Origin: Octopus vulgaris
Lineage: Eukaryota
DNA length: 64,000 bases
Direction: 5' to 3'
Assembly (NCBI GenBank): GCA_951406725.2
Contig: OX597820.1
Location: 71,982,001 to 72,046,000 of the forward strand
The notes under the pieces were generated by a model that was given only the letters and a program-made list of their open reading frames with translations, had not been told where the DNA came from and made no database searches. A program made the position numbers and the translations under genes. The number at the start of each line of letters is the position of its first letter. The first letter of the stretch is position 1. Positions 52,856 to 63,606 of this stretch are shown here, one piece after another.

Positions 52856-55209
52856 AATAACAAACAATATTCGGATGGAACCAGATATTAAAGGTCAAAT
52901 GTCTAACAGCATCAGTCCAACCTTTTAACTAAAGATAGCCTTTGGCCTATGACTAGGGTATCACTGCAGTTCTGTCCAGTAACTAGAAATAAAGCTCACC
53001 CCCCCCCCCCCCACCGCTTACTTAACTAATTTATCATGCTATCAGAAAAATGTTTCCGTGTAGGTCCTCAGCAGAAATGCCACATAATTTTTTCATAGAA
53101 TTTTGCTCCTGCTACTGTATTATATGCATATTCATCCAATTCAGTGGCTATCACATTAATATATTATGAGTGTGTTACCACTATCTGGTGACATTTATAA
53201 AGCAGTTCCGTCTTACAAAGTGATGTAATCAACCCCAGAAGGAAGGGGTTCATTCAACACTCTCATTTTACAAAATAAGGGTTTTAATGCCAGTATATAC
53301 ATAGAGAGAGAGAAAATGTGAATTAATAATAATTGACAGGTGGATGAATAGGTTTGCTTTTGAACCAGGAATGAGAGAAGAGTTTCACAATGGCTGACAC
53401 TGGATGTCAGGCAAATCAAAGGATTGTTGCTATGGAAATGTGCATGGAATATTATATATACAGAAGGTAGAAGAAAAGTTCAGCAAAATAGTCAAAAATG
53501 TTTTTTTTTTTTTTTTTAGAAATCTATGTCTTCGCAGTTACAATGATCCAAATTTGTGCAACCTCCTCAACTCAAGCAAACATGGCAAATGTGTTAAATG
53601 TATTTAGATACTGCTAACAACAGCAGTAATCAGAGTGATCTGATCTTACCACACAAATATCTACTAAATAACATACGAAACCCCAAAGAATGTTGTTTTA
53701 AAAAAAAAGTCACTTTAACATATTTTAAATGACATGGATTGAATATTGTGTCAGCTGAAATATTTTTAACAAAACTTGTGCTTACTACCCAGTTAGTGTT
53801 ACAGCTCAGTCATATATTTTGGGAATTAACATTTTAGAGAAAACACTGAAATCACTAGAAATGTTTAGTTAGTCTTAATTTCAACATGAAATCTTTGCAT
53901 ATTCACAATCTTGTGTAAATTAATCCAAGCACTCTATCTATCTTTAACAAAGCTGCTTTTGTTGATTAATCCTGATCAACTAGATGTATCATCACAGGCA
54001 TTCTGGCTGAGGCCATCCTGACTTTAAATATGTCTAGTGCTGCATTGTCTAAGAAAGTTATGTTTATTTAAGACAGCAGGAGGAAATTATTTGGTAATTC
54101 TAGCAGGCTTTCTTGTCATTTATGCTGATAACTCATATTCTCGAACAAATCCAATGTTGTCAGGTAAGAAATGATAAAAAATATTGACACATTTGATATT
54201 TCTCAACATATCTTTTGATCCATTTTTGTGTATAGAGAATAACAGAGCTGTCAAGAATCTCTGCAACAAGGAGAGAAATATTAATGTTTAGTCAATTTCT
54301 CATTCACTGCTGCAGAGTTATTCTTTTCATAAACTTCAGGAATAAATATGTCTGATACTTAATAACATGTTTTGTAAAGTTAACTAGATGAGTGACAAAT
54401 CTCCTTCTGCACTGCATTGAGCTCAATCAAAGCAAACTTTGGTATATATTATTGGCACACAACAGGCATTGTTTTCTCCCCCCCTCTCTCTCTCTCTTAC
54501 TCTTTCTGTCTTTTTCACTCTCTTATACACACATCCACATATATACACACACACACACACACTCTATTTCTCTCTCATGCATTTACTACTAGCAAGAACT
54601 TGATGCACCTACCTTTTCCCTTATCATCATCACAGTTTCTTACTGCAGACCACATACTTACTATTTTATAGATGTTCCAAAGTGAAATAAAGCCTCCTTT
54701 AAAACAAGAAGCTTTTCTCATAAACAGTGAAATGACTACAATAGACTTCAAATCATAATCCATGAACTCACAATTTATTGGCTCTCTTAAAAACTCTTAA
54801 CTATTAAATTAAAAATATTAGTCATTTAGTCATTTTGAATTATTTTGGTCTTTGCCTTGTTGAAGCAAGTCTATTACAAAGAAATAATTTTGCTAAACCA
54901 TTTTATGCCTAATATATCAATCTGCTGGAAAAAAATTATTAGTGAGTTTAAAAGTATTACTACAAATGTTGCAGCAACTTCATGCATTATTACTGCTTGC
55001 ATGCAATAATATTGTTCAAATGATGTTTTCAATTTTATCCTCATCTTTCCATAAGGCTATTGTATTTGATGCATTGAGAATTATTCACACTAAAGCTTTA
55101 TAGAGTTAAAAACATTGAACAATTCTTCAATCGTGTAGATCACTGGCCTGACTACAATATACTATTCATATAACGATTTTACACTTTTAATGTTTGACTA
55201 TATGTCATC

Positions 55210-55440
55210 TTTTATCTTTTACCTTTTACTTGCTTCAGTCATTTGACTGTGGCCATGCTGGGGCACTGCCTTGAAGGGGTTTTAGTCAAACAAATTGACC
55301 CTAAGACTTTTTTTTTCTAAAGCCTGGGACTTATTCTATCAAACTGTTTTGCTGAGCCATTAAGTTATGGGGCTGTAAACACACCAACACCAATTGTTAA
55401 GCGGTGGTAAGGGACAAACACAAAGATACACACACACACA
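55210..55440 (-). mobile_element. SINE family A tail
   Basis: Reverse complement of the 5535-5753 tail. Confidence 0.75.
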
Positions 55441-56102
55441 TATACATATGGGAGCAAGTGCTGTAAGGAAAGCAGTCTAAGGGAGACAATCCCTTATGCT
55501 TGACACTTCACCTTTGTCCCTGTATTTAACAACTAGCTACAAGGTTTTTCTCCCTTCACTTTGAAGGGAGGTTATAGGCTACCAGCCATCAGGGACTGAA
55601 GGAATGCTGTGAAGCAAAATGCTTTATGGATGTAAAACCCTGGTTAACTCCATAGACTGGCCACAGCTATCTTTATCTAATTACACACACAAACACACAC
55701 ACATATATATGTTGTGGTTTAATATATGACATGACTCCCATCACTAGTGCACGCAGATATGAACAGATAAACAGGAAACTCATAGATCCAACTTCTCTGC
55801 TCATTATTATTATTTTCTCTCTGCACTGATAAGCACTATGATAATTTTCAAATTCAAATATGAATATATATTTATGTACGAAACATTTGTATGCATGAAT
55901 AAACTTCTTACAACTTTTTAACATCTTATCTCCTCCATTTTTGACAAAATTGATTGGATTTGTAGAACTTCATTACATAAATTAATCATACACTTTATAT
56001 ATATAACTAATCCCCAAAAATGGAAAAAAAACAAAAGGAAAAATTACAGGAGGATGTAGTACATGCAAAGTAATAAGACACTCAAGGAAGGAAAGAAAGA
56101 GT

Positions 56103-56137
56103 GTTTTATGTTTCAAGCAAAGCTTTTCTTCAGAAAC
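56103..56137 (-). ncRNA. Minimal type I hammerhead ribozyme motif (Penelope pLTR type) within a ~170-bp repeat (~56045-56215)
   Basis: Minus strand GTTT-CTGAAGA-A-AAGC-TTT-GCTT-GAAAC-ATA-AAAC: stem I GTTT/AAAC, core CUGAAGA, stem II AAGC/GCTT, GAAA. The cleavage triplet AUA is probably decayed from GUA. Confidence 0.65.
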
Positions 56138-56244
56138 AGCAGACAGAGGGAAATCCAAGAGAAAAGGAAGACAGAGGAAAATAAATCACCAGCAATTCAC
56201 ATGAAGTTACATTTTGGTATACACACACACACATATATATATGT

Positions 56245-56289
<45 letters not shown>

Positions 56290-56290
<1 letters not shown>

Positions 56291-56445
56291 ACAGGCTTCT
56301 TTCAGTTTCCTCTACCAAATCTACTCACAAGGCTTTGGTTGGACTGAGGCTATAGTAGAAGATACTTGCCCAAGGTGCCACACAGTGCGACTGAACCCAG
56401 AACCATGTGGTTGGGAAGCAAGCTTCTTACTACACAGCCATGCCT
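56290..56445 (-). mobile_element. SINE family A head
   Basis: Reverse complement of 5200-5362. Confidence 0.85.
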
Positions 56446-56535
56446 ACATCTGTTTCTGGACTTATGCCATTCTAAGTGTTGTTGAAATTTCTTTAAAAAT
56501 TCATCAGAATGTCTGTGTAAACCTTTTAAACTTCA

Positions 56536-57248
56536 TATCAACATCAACATCAGCAATATCAAAATCAAATCAAATGGAAATTGTAGTTGTGAGCCCTGTG
56601 CCAGTAGCATGTAAAAAGCATCATCCGAACATGACCGATACCAGTGCCACCTTGACTGGCTTCCATGCCAGTAGCACATAAAAAGCACCATCTGAATGTG
56701 GCTGATGCCGAGTCAAGTACATCAACATCAGCAATATCAAGATCAAATCAAATGGAAATAGTAGTTGTGAGCCCCATGCCAGTAGCACGCAAAAAGCACC
56801 ATCCGAACATAGCCGATGCCAGTGCCGCTGTGGCTGGCTTCTGTGCCAGTGGCATGTAAAAAGCACCTTCCAAATGTGACTGATGCCAGTGCCACCTTGA
56901 CTGGCTTCTGTGCCAGTGACACATAAAAAGCACCATCTGAACATGGCTGATGCCAGTACCGCTTCGAGTGGTTTCCATGCCGGTGGCACATAAAAAGCGC
57001 CATCCGATTGTGGTCGATGCCAGCTCCTCTGGCCCCTTGTGCTGGTGGCACATAAAAAGCACCCACTACCCTCTCAGAGTGGTTGGAATTAGGAAGGACA
57101 TCCAGCTGTAGAAACACTGCCAGATCAGATTGGGGCCTGGTGCAGCCTCCTGGCTTCCCAGACTCCAGTTGAACCGTCCAATCCATGTCAGCATGGAAAA
57201 CGGACGTTAAACGATGAATATGACGATGATGATGATGATGATGATGAC
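56536..57248 (+). mobile_element. RTE 3' UTR with seven VNTR units and an internal duplication
   Basis: Unit starts at 56600, 56667, 56778, 56845, 56912, 56979 and 57041; (GAT)n tail. Confidence 0.85.
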
Positions 57249-57807
57249 ATTAAATAGTGATGGTAGCTACTTTCATGAACACACACACACACAAATGAGA
57301 AATTAAATATATTTAAATTTTCTACAGTGATTGATATATTTCTTTTTTATACCTCTTAAAACTTTTATCAAAGTGATCAATTAGGATTCTTTTCTAAAAT
57401 GTATGAAAAATAGTATTTAACCAAGTTTCAGATGTTTGCGTGTGCGTATGTATTTTGTCTCTGTGAATGTATGCATACATAATCTCAGACATCTTTTGCT
57501 GCTTCTATAAATGTTTTTACATATTGTGTTCATCTTTTTCTATGTAATTCAAAATTGTTTCATTTGATTCACAGCTGGAAATTCTCTTGGAGCAGAAACA
57601 AAAAGCAGAATTACAAAGCTTAAATGACTTCTCTTTTACTTTTCTATCAGAAGTATACATATTACAGAAAATAGCAAGTAAAGGTTGGTTATAAATAATA
57701 GTGTGTGTTTCTTTCCCATAGGAACTCCCAGCTATTAATTACCATATAATGCTACTTTTGTTTAAAACATACTGCTAATATACACTGAGTAATAAATATT
57801 GGTTTCC

Positions 57808-57990
57808 ATGGTGGTGAGCTGGCAGAATTGTTAGCATGCCAGGCAAAATGCTTTACAGCACTTTATGTTCTGAGTTCAAATTCCACTGAGGTCAACTTTG
57901 CCTTTCATCCTTTTTGGGTCGATAAAATAAGTACCAGTTGAACACTGGGGTCGATGTAATCGACTTACCCACTTCCTCAAAATTTGAAAT
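57808..57990 (+). mobile_element. SINE family B with a TSD-like flank
   Basis: Homologous to 51214; taataaatattggtttcc occurs on both sides. Confidence 0.85.
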
Positions 57991-59179
57991 CTAATAAATA
58001 TTGGTTTCCTTCCATCTTCAATTCTTTATATGATGTTTTTCATGTATTTACATAACTTATTATTCAACATTTTTCAAAAGTTACAAATAAGAAAACATTG
58101 CTTTTTAATGAACAGTTTCCTGTTTCTAAGCTATGTTTATTGATGATAAAAATATAGCTTATAGATGTCCATTTTAGCATATAAGATTGTTTCTTATTTA
58201 AAAACCTTTTTGTTATGATTTACATCTAATAAAAATAACAAGTATACATTAAAATAGTTGTCTTCTTGTTTCTACAATTGGTTTGGTTAGCTGAAGTGTA
58301 TGCAAAATATTCTGAATAAGGCTCTGTAATTTAATGAAGAAAATCATTTTGCAACAATAAATATGTTTTATTACCTTAAAAGTCATTGGTGCAGTTTCTT
58401 TTGAATAACTTTAAGATACGTACAAGAACAGTCTTTCAAATGACCATAGTTTGAATGTAAACAGCAGTAACTATTTGGTCTGGAATTCTGAGAGTCTGAA
58501 AAAAAAGGAGAGATATGTGATTGTACCCGCCATGTTACATATTATAGAATTTTTAAGCAACTGCAGCATTCTTTGTAAGGATTGTCAAGAAGCCTCCATT
58601 ATTGTTTGACTCATAACCTTTTAGCAAAAATGAGAAAAAGAGGTGCAGTATGAAAATGGGTTAGTGTGAAAATACTACTGAGATTGATGAAATTTTTTAA
58701 CTTGAATCGGGTGATGTAATTATGTAAATGCATGTGCACATCCACGCATGAAAGCAGATACACAAATTGTACATATATATTCTGATTAAATTTCTTTAAA
58801 TTGACCTGTATTTTGCGATTACATGTTCTTCAAACAAGCAGCTAGTGAGGGTGTTCATACATAATTTATTAGTATGCAGACTGAAGGAATGGTAATTACA
58901 AACTGCACTTAATTTTCATAACAGTTTTGAACTTATTTCTAATTTGTTATCAAGTCCTCAAGTGTTTGTATATTTTATATGACATGTATATAATCAAGGA
59001 AGAAACATGATTGGAAAAGTCTTAATTCAGTTGTAAGGTACTGGAAAGATATCTAGTTTTTAAACACTCACATTTAATACTTTATACAAATATTGAGAGT
59101 TACTGAGCAATCTAATACATACAGATCACCACTAGTTTCTTCTGATCCAACTGGATGGGGAAAATAAGATTGCATTCTT

Positions 59180-59580
59180 AAGGCATGGCTGTGTGTTTAA
59201 GAAGCTCATATTGCAACCATGTTCTTTTAAGATCAGTCCCACTATATGATCCTTTGTCAAGTGTCTCCTACAATAGCACTGGGATGACCAATGCCTTGTG
59301 AGTGAATTTGGTAAATCGAAACTGTATGGAAGCCTTTTGCATATGTATGTGTGCATGATTGCATCTGTGTTTGTGTCCCACCACCATCATTACCATCTCC
59401 ACACCATTAGACAGCCAGTGTTGGTTTGTTTATGTTCCTATAACTTAGAAGTTCAGCAAAAGGAGCTGATAAAATAAGGACCAGACTTGAAAGATAAGTA
59501 CTGGAGTTGATTTGTTCAATTAAACCCTTCAAGACAGTGCCCCAGCATGGCTGCAGCCCAATGGTAGAAAGAAAGATAAT
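59180..59580 (+). mobile_element. Older SINE family A copy
   Basis: Head and tail homologous to the copy at 5200. Confidence 0.75.
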
Positions 59581-59845
59581 AGATAAAAATTGAAGAATAA
59601 ATAAAAAAAATAGAGAGAGAAAGTGTGTGGGAAGGAGAAAGTGTGTAATGGGGAAAAATGTATTTCTTTATTTTTTTTACTGATTTCAATAACTGGACTG
59701 CAACCATTCTGGTGCTTTACATCCAGATCTTTAGTTAACCTAATATTTATTTCACTTTCATTTTATTAATCACTGTTTCTTGAACTACTTAGTCACGGGC
59801 TATGAACAGCACCAGATTTTCTATCAATCTAATCAGATGCATATA

Positions 59846-60036
59846 TATGAGATGTATTGCAAAAGGCCTGGTTGAAGGCCCAACCCTCCGAGTTCTTTTA
59901 TAGGGCTCAGAAAAACAGAAGGACCACTTCAATAAGTGTGTGAATCTGAGAGGGGAATATGTTAAATAAAATCATAATTAACTGATCTCTTGCATTTTCT
60001 TTAACCCAAAACCAGGAACTTTTCAGTATCTCTTCA
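59846..60036. mobile_element. mariner-type MITE (second copy, reverse orientation)
   Basis: Reverse-complement homolog of 23107-23320; ends ccaggaacttttcagtatctcttca|ta. Confidence 0.7.
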
Positions 60037-60068
60037 TATATGCATGCACACACACACACATACACACA

Positions 60069-60105
<37 letters not shown>

Positions 60106-61852
60106 ACACACACATGCTCATGCACATATGTGCACACACACACATGCACATATACATACATGTACACATGTACTCACACACATATGTCCAACCTAAACAT
60201 AGAAAAATGGATATAAAAATGACGCTGTTCATAATATATTAGTCATGGACTTCTGCAAAATTTCTGTCTGCCAAATTCCACTCACCAAGTATTGGTCAAC
60301 TTGACTCTGTAGTAGAAGTCACTTACCCAAGGTGACACCCAAGGTGACACCCAATGAGATCAAAGCCTAAACCATATGGTTACAAAGTAAACTTCTGTAC
60401 CACAGTCATGCTTATATATTTCTTTTCAGGCAGGGAACAGTTTAGAATAAAGAGCTCTGTTCAACACCTTTGAGAGTTAAATTAAATGATGTAATTGAAG
60501 TCGATTTTATTAGTGGATTGTAAAATCTGAAGAAGATAAAATACTAAACTAAGGTATCAGGTGAGATGTAGAATGAGTTTTTGTCTATCTGATAGTATTT
60601 ATGCTGTTTTTGGACAAAACATTTGGCCTCACTTGCTTTAAAAGTGATGTGGTGGTGGGCAATCATGTTCTATACATTATGAGTTTTACACATTGTTAGA
60701 AGTAATTGCTTGTAGTTATTGTTGGTGGGGAAAGAAGCAAGTTGTCTACAAGTCTTGCATATATTCCTGAGAAAATTTTTTGAACAACCTGAAAAATTAG
60801 AATTTAACCTGATTTCTGATAAGAGAATTATTATATCAAAATATTAATACTTTGTGTTCCTCTTCATTTGGTATCAATAGATCAAGCTGAAAAGTGAATT
60901 TAAATTTATTGGAAAGCAGAATCTGCCAACTTATGCATTACTTACTTCACTGCATTCTTCAATAAACACTGTTGACATTTCTCTAGGATTAAATAATTTA
61001 ACACAGTTCTCTCTTGAATGAAGAGTAAATAGGTATCAAAATTATGACTTACTGGAAAAATATTGATTTAGAATAGAATATCAATTCATTTTCCAATATA
61101 TTCTAAACAAATGTTTAATTAAGTATTTTCCATCTTCGAACTACAATGTGAACGTACCAGGCTTCACTTTAACCCATACTCTTTATAATGAAAATAATTT
61201 ACATTTTACATACATTTTTTCATCTACAAATTCTACACCAGCTGTTCTGTTGTTTGGACAGCTATTGAATATCTTTCATAAACTATTCACATTTGAAATG
61301 TCTTTGACAGAGGAATTAAACTGCAATTTCTTTGTCATTTAAATTTTATTCAGTGCTCTATTAACTCTGTTACTAATAATTGTCATAAATCAGAATATCA
61401 AAACTGATGATTTAATAAAATTAAACCAAACCATACGTTTTCAGCTCTATTGTATATTATGACAAATGCAAGTATGATAAATCATACTGATGAATTGAAG
61501 AAATATAGTTGATTGTAAAGTTACTGTGTATCTACAATGGTTTATATGAGAAAGAGCATCTGATTTCATTATTATTAAAATGTTTGCTTTCTTATTGAAT
61601 AGTTCTCTGTTATTGCACTCTGTACCTGCTCCTCAATATTTAATAATTTTTAAGTTTCCAAAATTACATCTCTTCAAAGTTTTCCAGTTGCTTTTTTTTT
61701 TTGGGTGGGTGGGGGTCTTTTCTTCTCCCATTTATTTCAAAACTATCGCTCCTTCTATGTTAAAACTACTCACTTTTAGTTTTCACTGTCTATATATCAT
61801 TAATACACATTGCATTTATTGCTGTTTTCATAAAATCTTGGTAAACATTTAA

Positions 61853-62064
61853 CCCTTTCATATTCTGTCAAATGTAATGCTTATTTGTTCACATTGATTT
61901 GAATTTATCATTCATTATCTCATAGATTTGAGATTTTAAAAACGTGATTGTTCATTTTTTGAATGACATTGAAGGGTAGGTGTGAGTGGCCTGGTCTATC
62001 CAGTTTGAATATAAAACTGGAAAAAGTATTTGGGCGAGATATTGTCGAACAGAATACTGAAGTG
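61853..62064. mobile_element. piggyBac-type MITE (third copy)
   Basis: TTAA flanks at 61849-61852 and 62065-62068; body homologous to 50871-51093. Confidence 0.75.
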
Positions 62065-62314
62065 TTAAACACCACATTGCCACAAAATGTAAGCAACATG
62101 CCAAGTAACTAATCTTACATATCTATAGTATTTGCAGGTCTTGATATCATTCTTATCAATCTTTAATCCAAATCAAGATCTTAATATCTTTGAATAAAGA
62201 ATAAAATAAACAGTTATATATATATATATATGTACATACATATATATATGTGTGTGTGTGTATATATATATATGTATGTGTATGTATATATATGTATATA
62301 TATATGTATGTATG

Positions 62315-62383
<69 letters not shown>

Positions 62384-62400
62384 GTATGTATATATGTATG

Positions 62401-62815
62401 TATCAAAGTATCATTAGAGACAGAAATCCCATAAAATTCATCAAATCAGAATATAAATTCAACCATGTCATAGAATATTATATTCAATACTTACTATTCG
62501 TGTTCAAAGTTGTCAACCTTTACATCCTTCACAGCTGAGAGCATTGTAGTGATAACCTGATGCATGATCTCCACATATTCTACAAAGCTCTTCTTCAGTT
62601 GTTTTTTGTGTTCTGTTAGATCATTTTTGTGGTGTACTTTTCCAGGAATTCTATGACATGGTTGAATTTCTATTCTGATTTATGGGGATTTCTGTCTCTA
62701 AGGATACTTTGATATATATGTATATATTTATTGAGAATAATTCAACTAAATATTCTTAACTTGAATATCTCATCCCTGTGACGCCGGAATTGATATTCCA
62801 TTATTATTATAAAAT
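62401..62815. repeat. Fold-back element: arms ~62401-62476 and ~62648-62714, ~170-bp spacer, tail to ~62815, in (TA)n
   Basis: tatcaaagtatcattagagacagaaatccc...aaccatgtcatagaat versus attctatgacatggtt...gggatttctgtctctaaggatactttgata. Confidence 0.9.
62513..62620 (-). pseudogene. Nuclear receptor NR1H (EcR/LXR/FXR-like) DNA-binding-domain fragment, first C4 zinc finger
   Basis: Manual translation [36 protein letters not shown]-x2-C-x13-C-x2-C with P-box CEGCKG and the EcR/FXR-type ASGYHYNAL; bounded by stops; second finger absent. Confidence 0.9.
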
Positions 62816-62839
62816 TATATATGTATGTATATATATACA

Positions 62840-62934
<95 letters not shown>

Positions 62935-63283
62935 GAAAGAAGGTTTGAAAATGCAATTTTAAAAGATGTTTATTTACTTTACCGGTTTCACTCTTTAGAA
63001 AAAGATTGTCAAAAGTAACATGTAGAAGTTTGGTTGCATTAATTATTGGTTGTTACAAATTGCTACATTACATATATACAGTCTTTGGTAACAGGGACAT
63101 GTTAAGGACATAAAATCATGTCCCTGTTACCAAAGACTGTATATATGTAATGTAGCAATTTGTAACAACCAATAATTAACGCAACCAAACTTCTACATGT
63201 TACTTTTGACAATCTTTTTGCAAAGAGTGAAAGCGGTAAAGTAAATAAACATCTTTTAAAATTGCATTTTCAAACCTTCTTTC
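62935..63283. repeat. Fold-back element: arms 62935-63101 and 63117-63283 (167 bp each), 15-nt loop, tail to ~63328, in (TA)n
   Basis: Near-perfect reverse-complement arms. Confidence 0.95.
62974..63018 (-). ncRNA. Hammerhead-like motif with variant core (mirror copy at 63200-63244, + strand)
   Basis: TTACTT-TTGACAA-TCTTT-ttct-AAAGA-gt-GAAA-CCGG-TA-AAGTAA: 6-bp stem I, stem II, palindromic stem III, GUA site; core UUGACAA instead of CUGANGA. Confidence 0.5.
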
Positions 63284-63348
63284 ATATATAATTCCACTTG
63301 TGTGGTACCCTACAACTCCACTTTGTTATATATATATATATGTATATA

Positions 63349-63590
63349 TACACATTATTTTCATTATTTACATTTGATGGATATTTGTCCTCATCTTGTT
63401 TGTTGTTAACACAACGTTTCAACTCATATACCCTCCAGCCTTCATCAGGTGTTTTGGGGAAATGATGAAGGCTGGAGGGTATATCAGCTGAAACGTGTTA
63501 ACAACAAACAAGATGAGGACAAATATCCATCAAATGTAAATGATGTAAATAATGTACATAATTCCTCATCTCTTAAATATAGAACTGTAG
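63349..63590. repeat. Fold-back element: arms ~63349-63447 and ~63463-63558, tail to ~63590, in (TA)n
   Basis: catttgatggatatttgtcctcatcttgtttgttgttaac... versus ...gttaacaacaaacaagatgaggacaaatatccatcaaatg. Confidence 0.9.
63408..63453 (-). ncRNA. Minimal type I hammerhead ribozyme motif (Penelope pLTR type)
   Basis: AACAC-CTGATGA-A-GGCT-ggagggtatatg-AGTT-GAAAC-GTT-GTGTT: 5-bp stem I, canonical CUGAUGA and GAAA, loopless palindromic stem III AACGTT. The other arm keeps stem II as GGCTG/CAGCT. Confidence 0.7.
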
Positions 63591-63606
63591 TATATATATA
63601 TATATA

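Noticed and set aside
56600-57060. Regularly spaced repeats resembling a CRISPR array
   Set aside because: Whole units are homologous (no unique spacers), the context is a eukaryotic LINE 3' UTR, and there are no cas genes.
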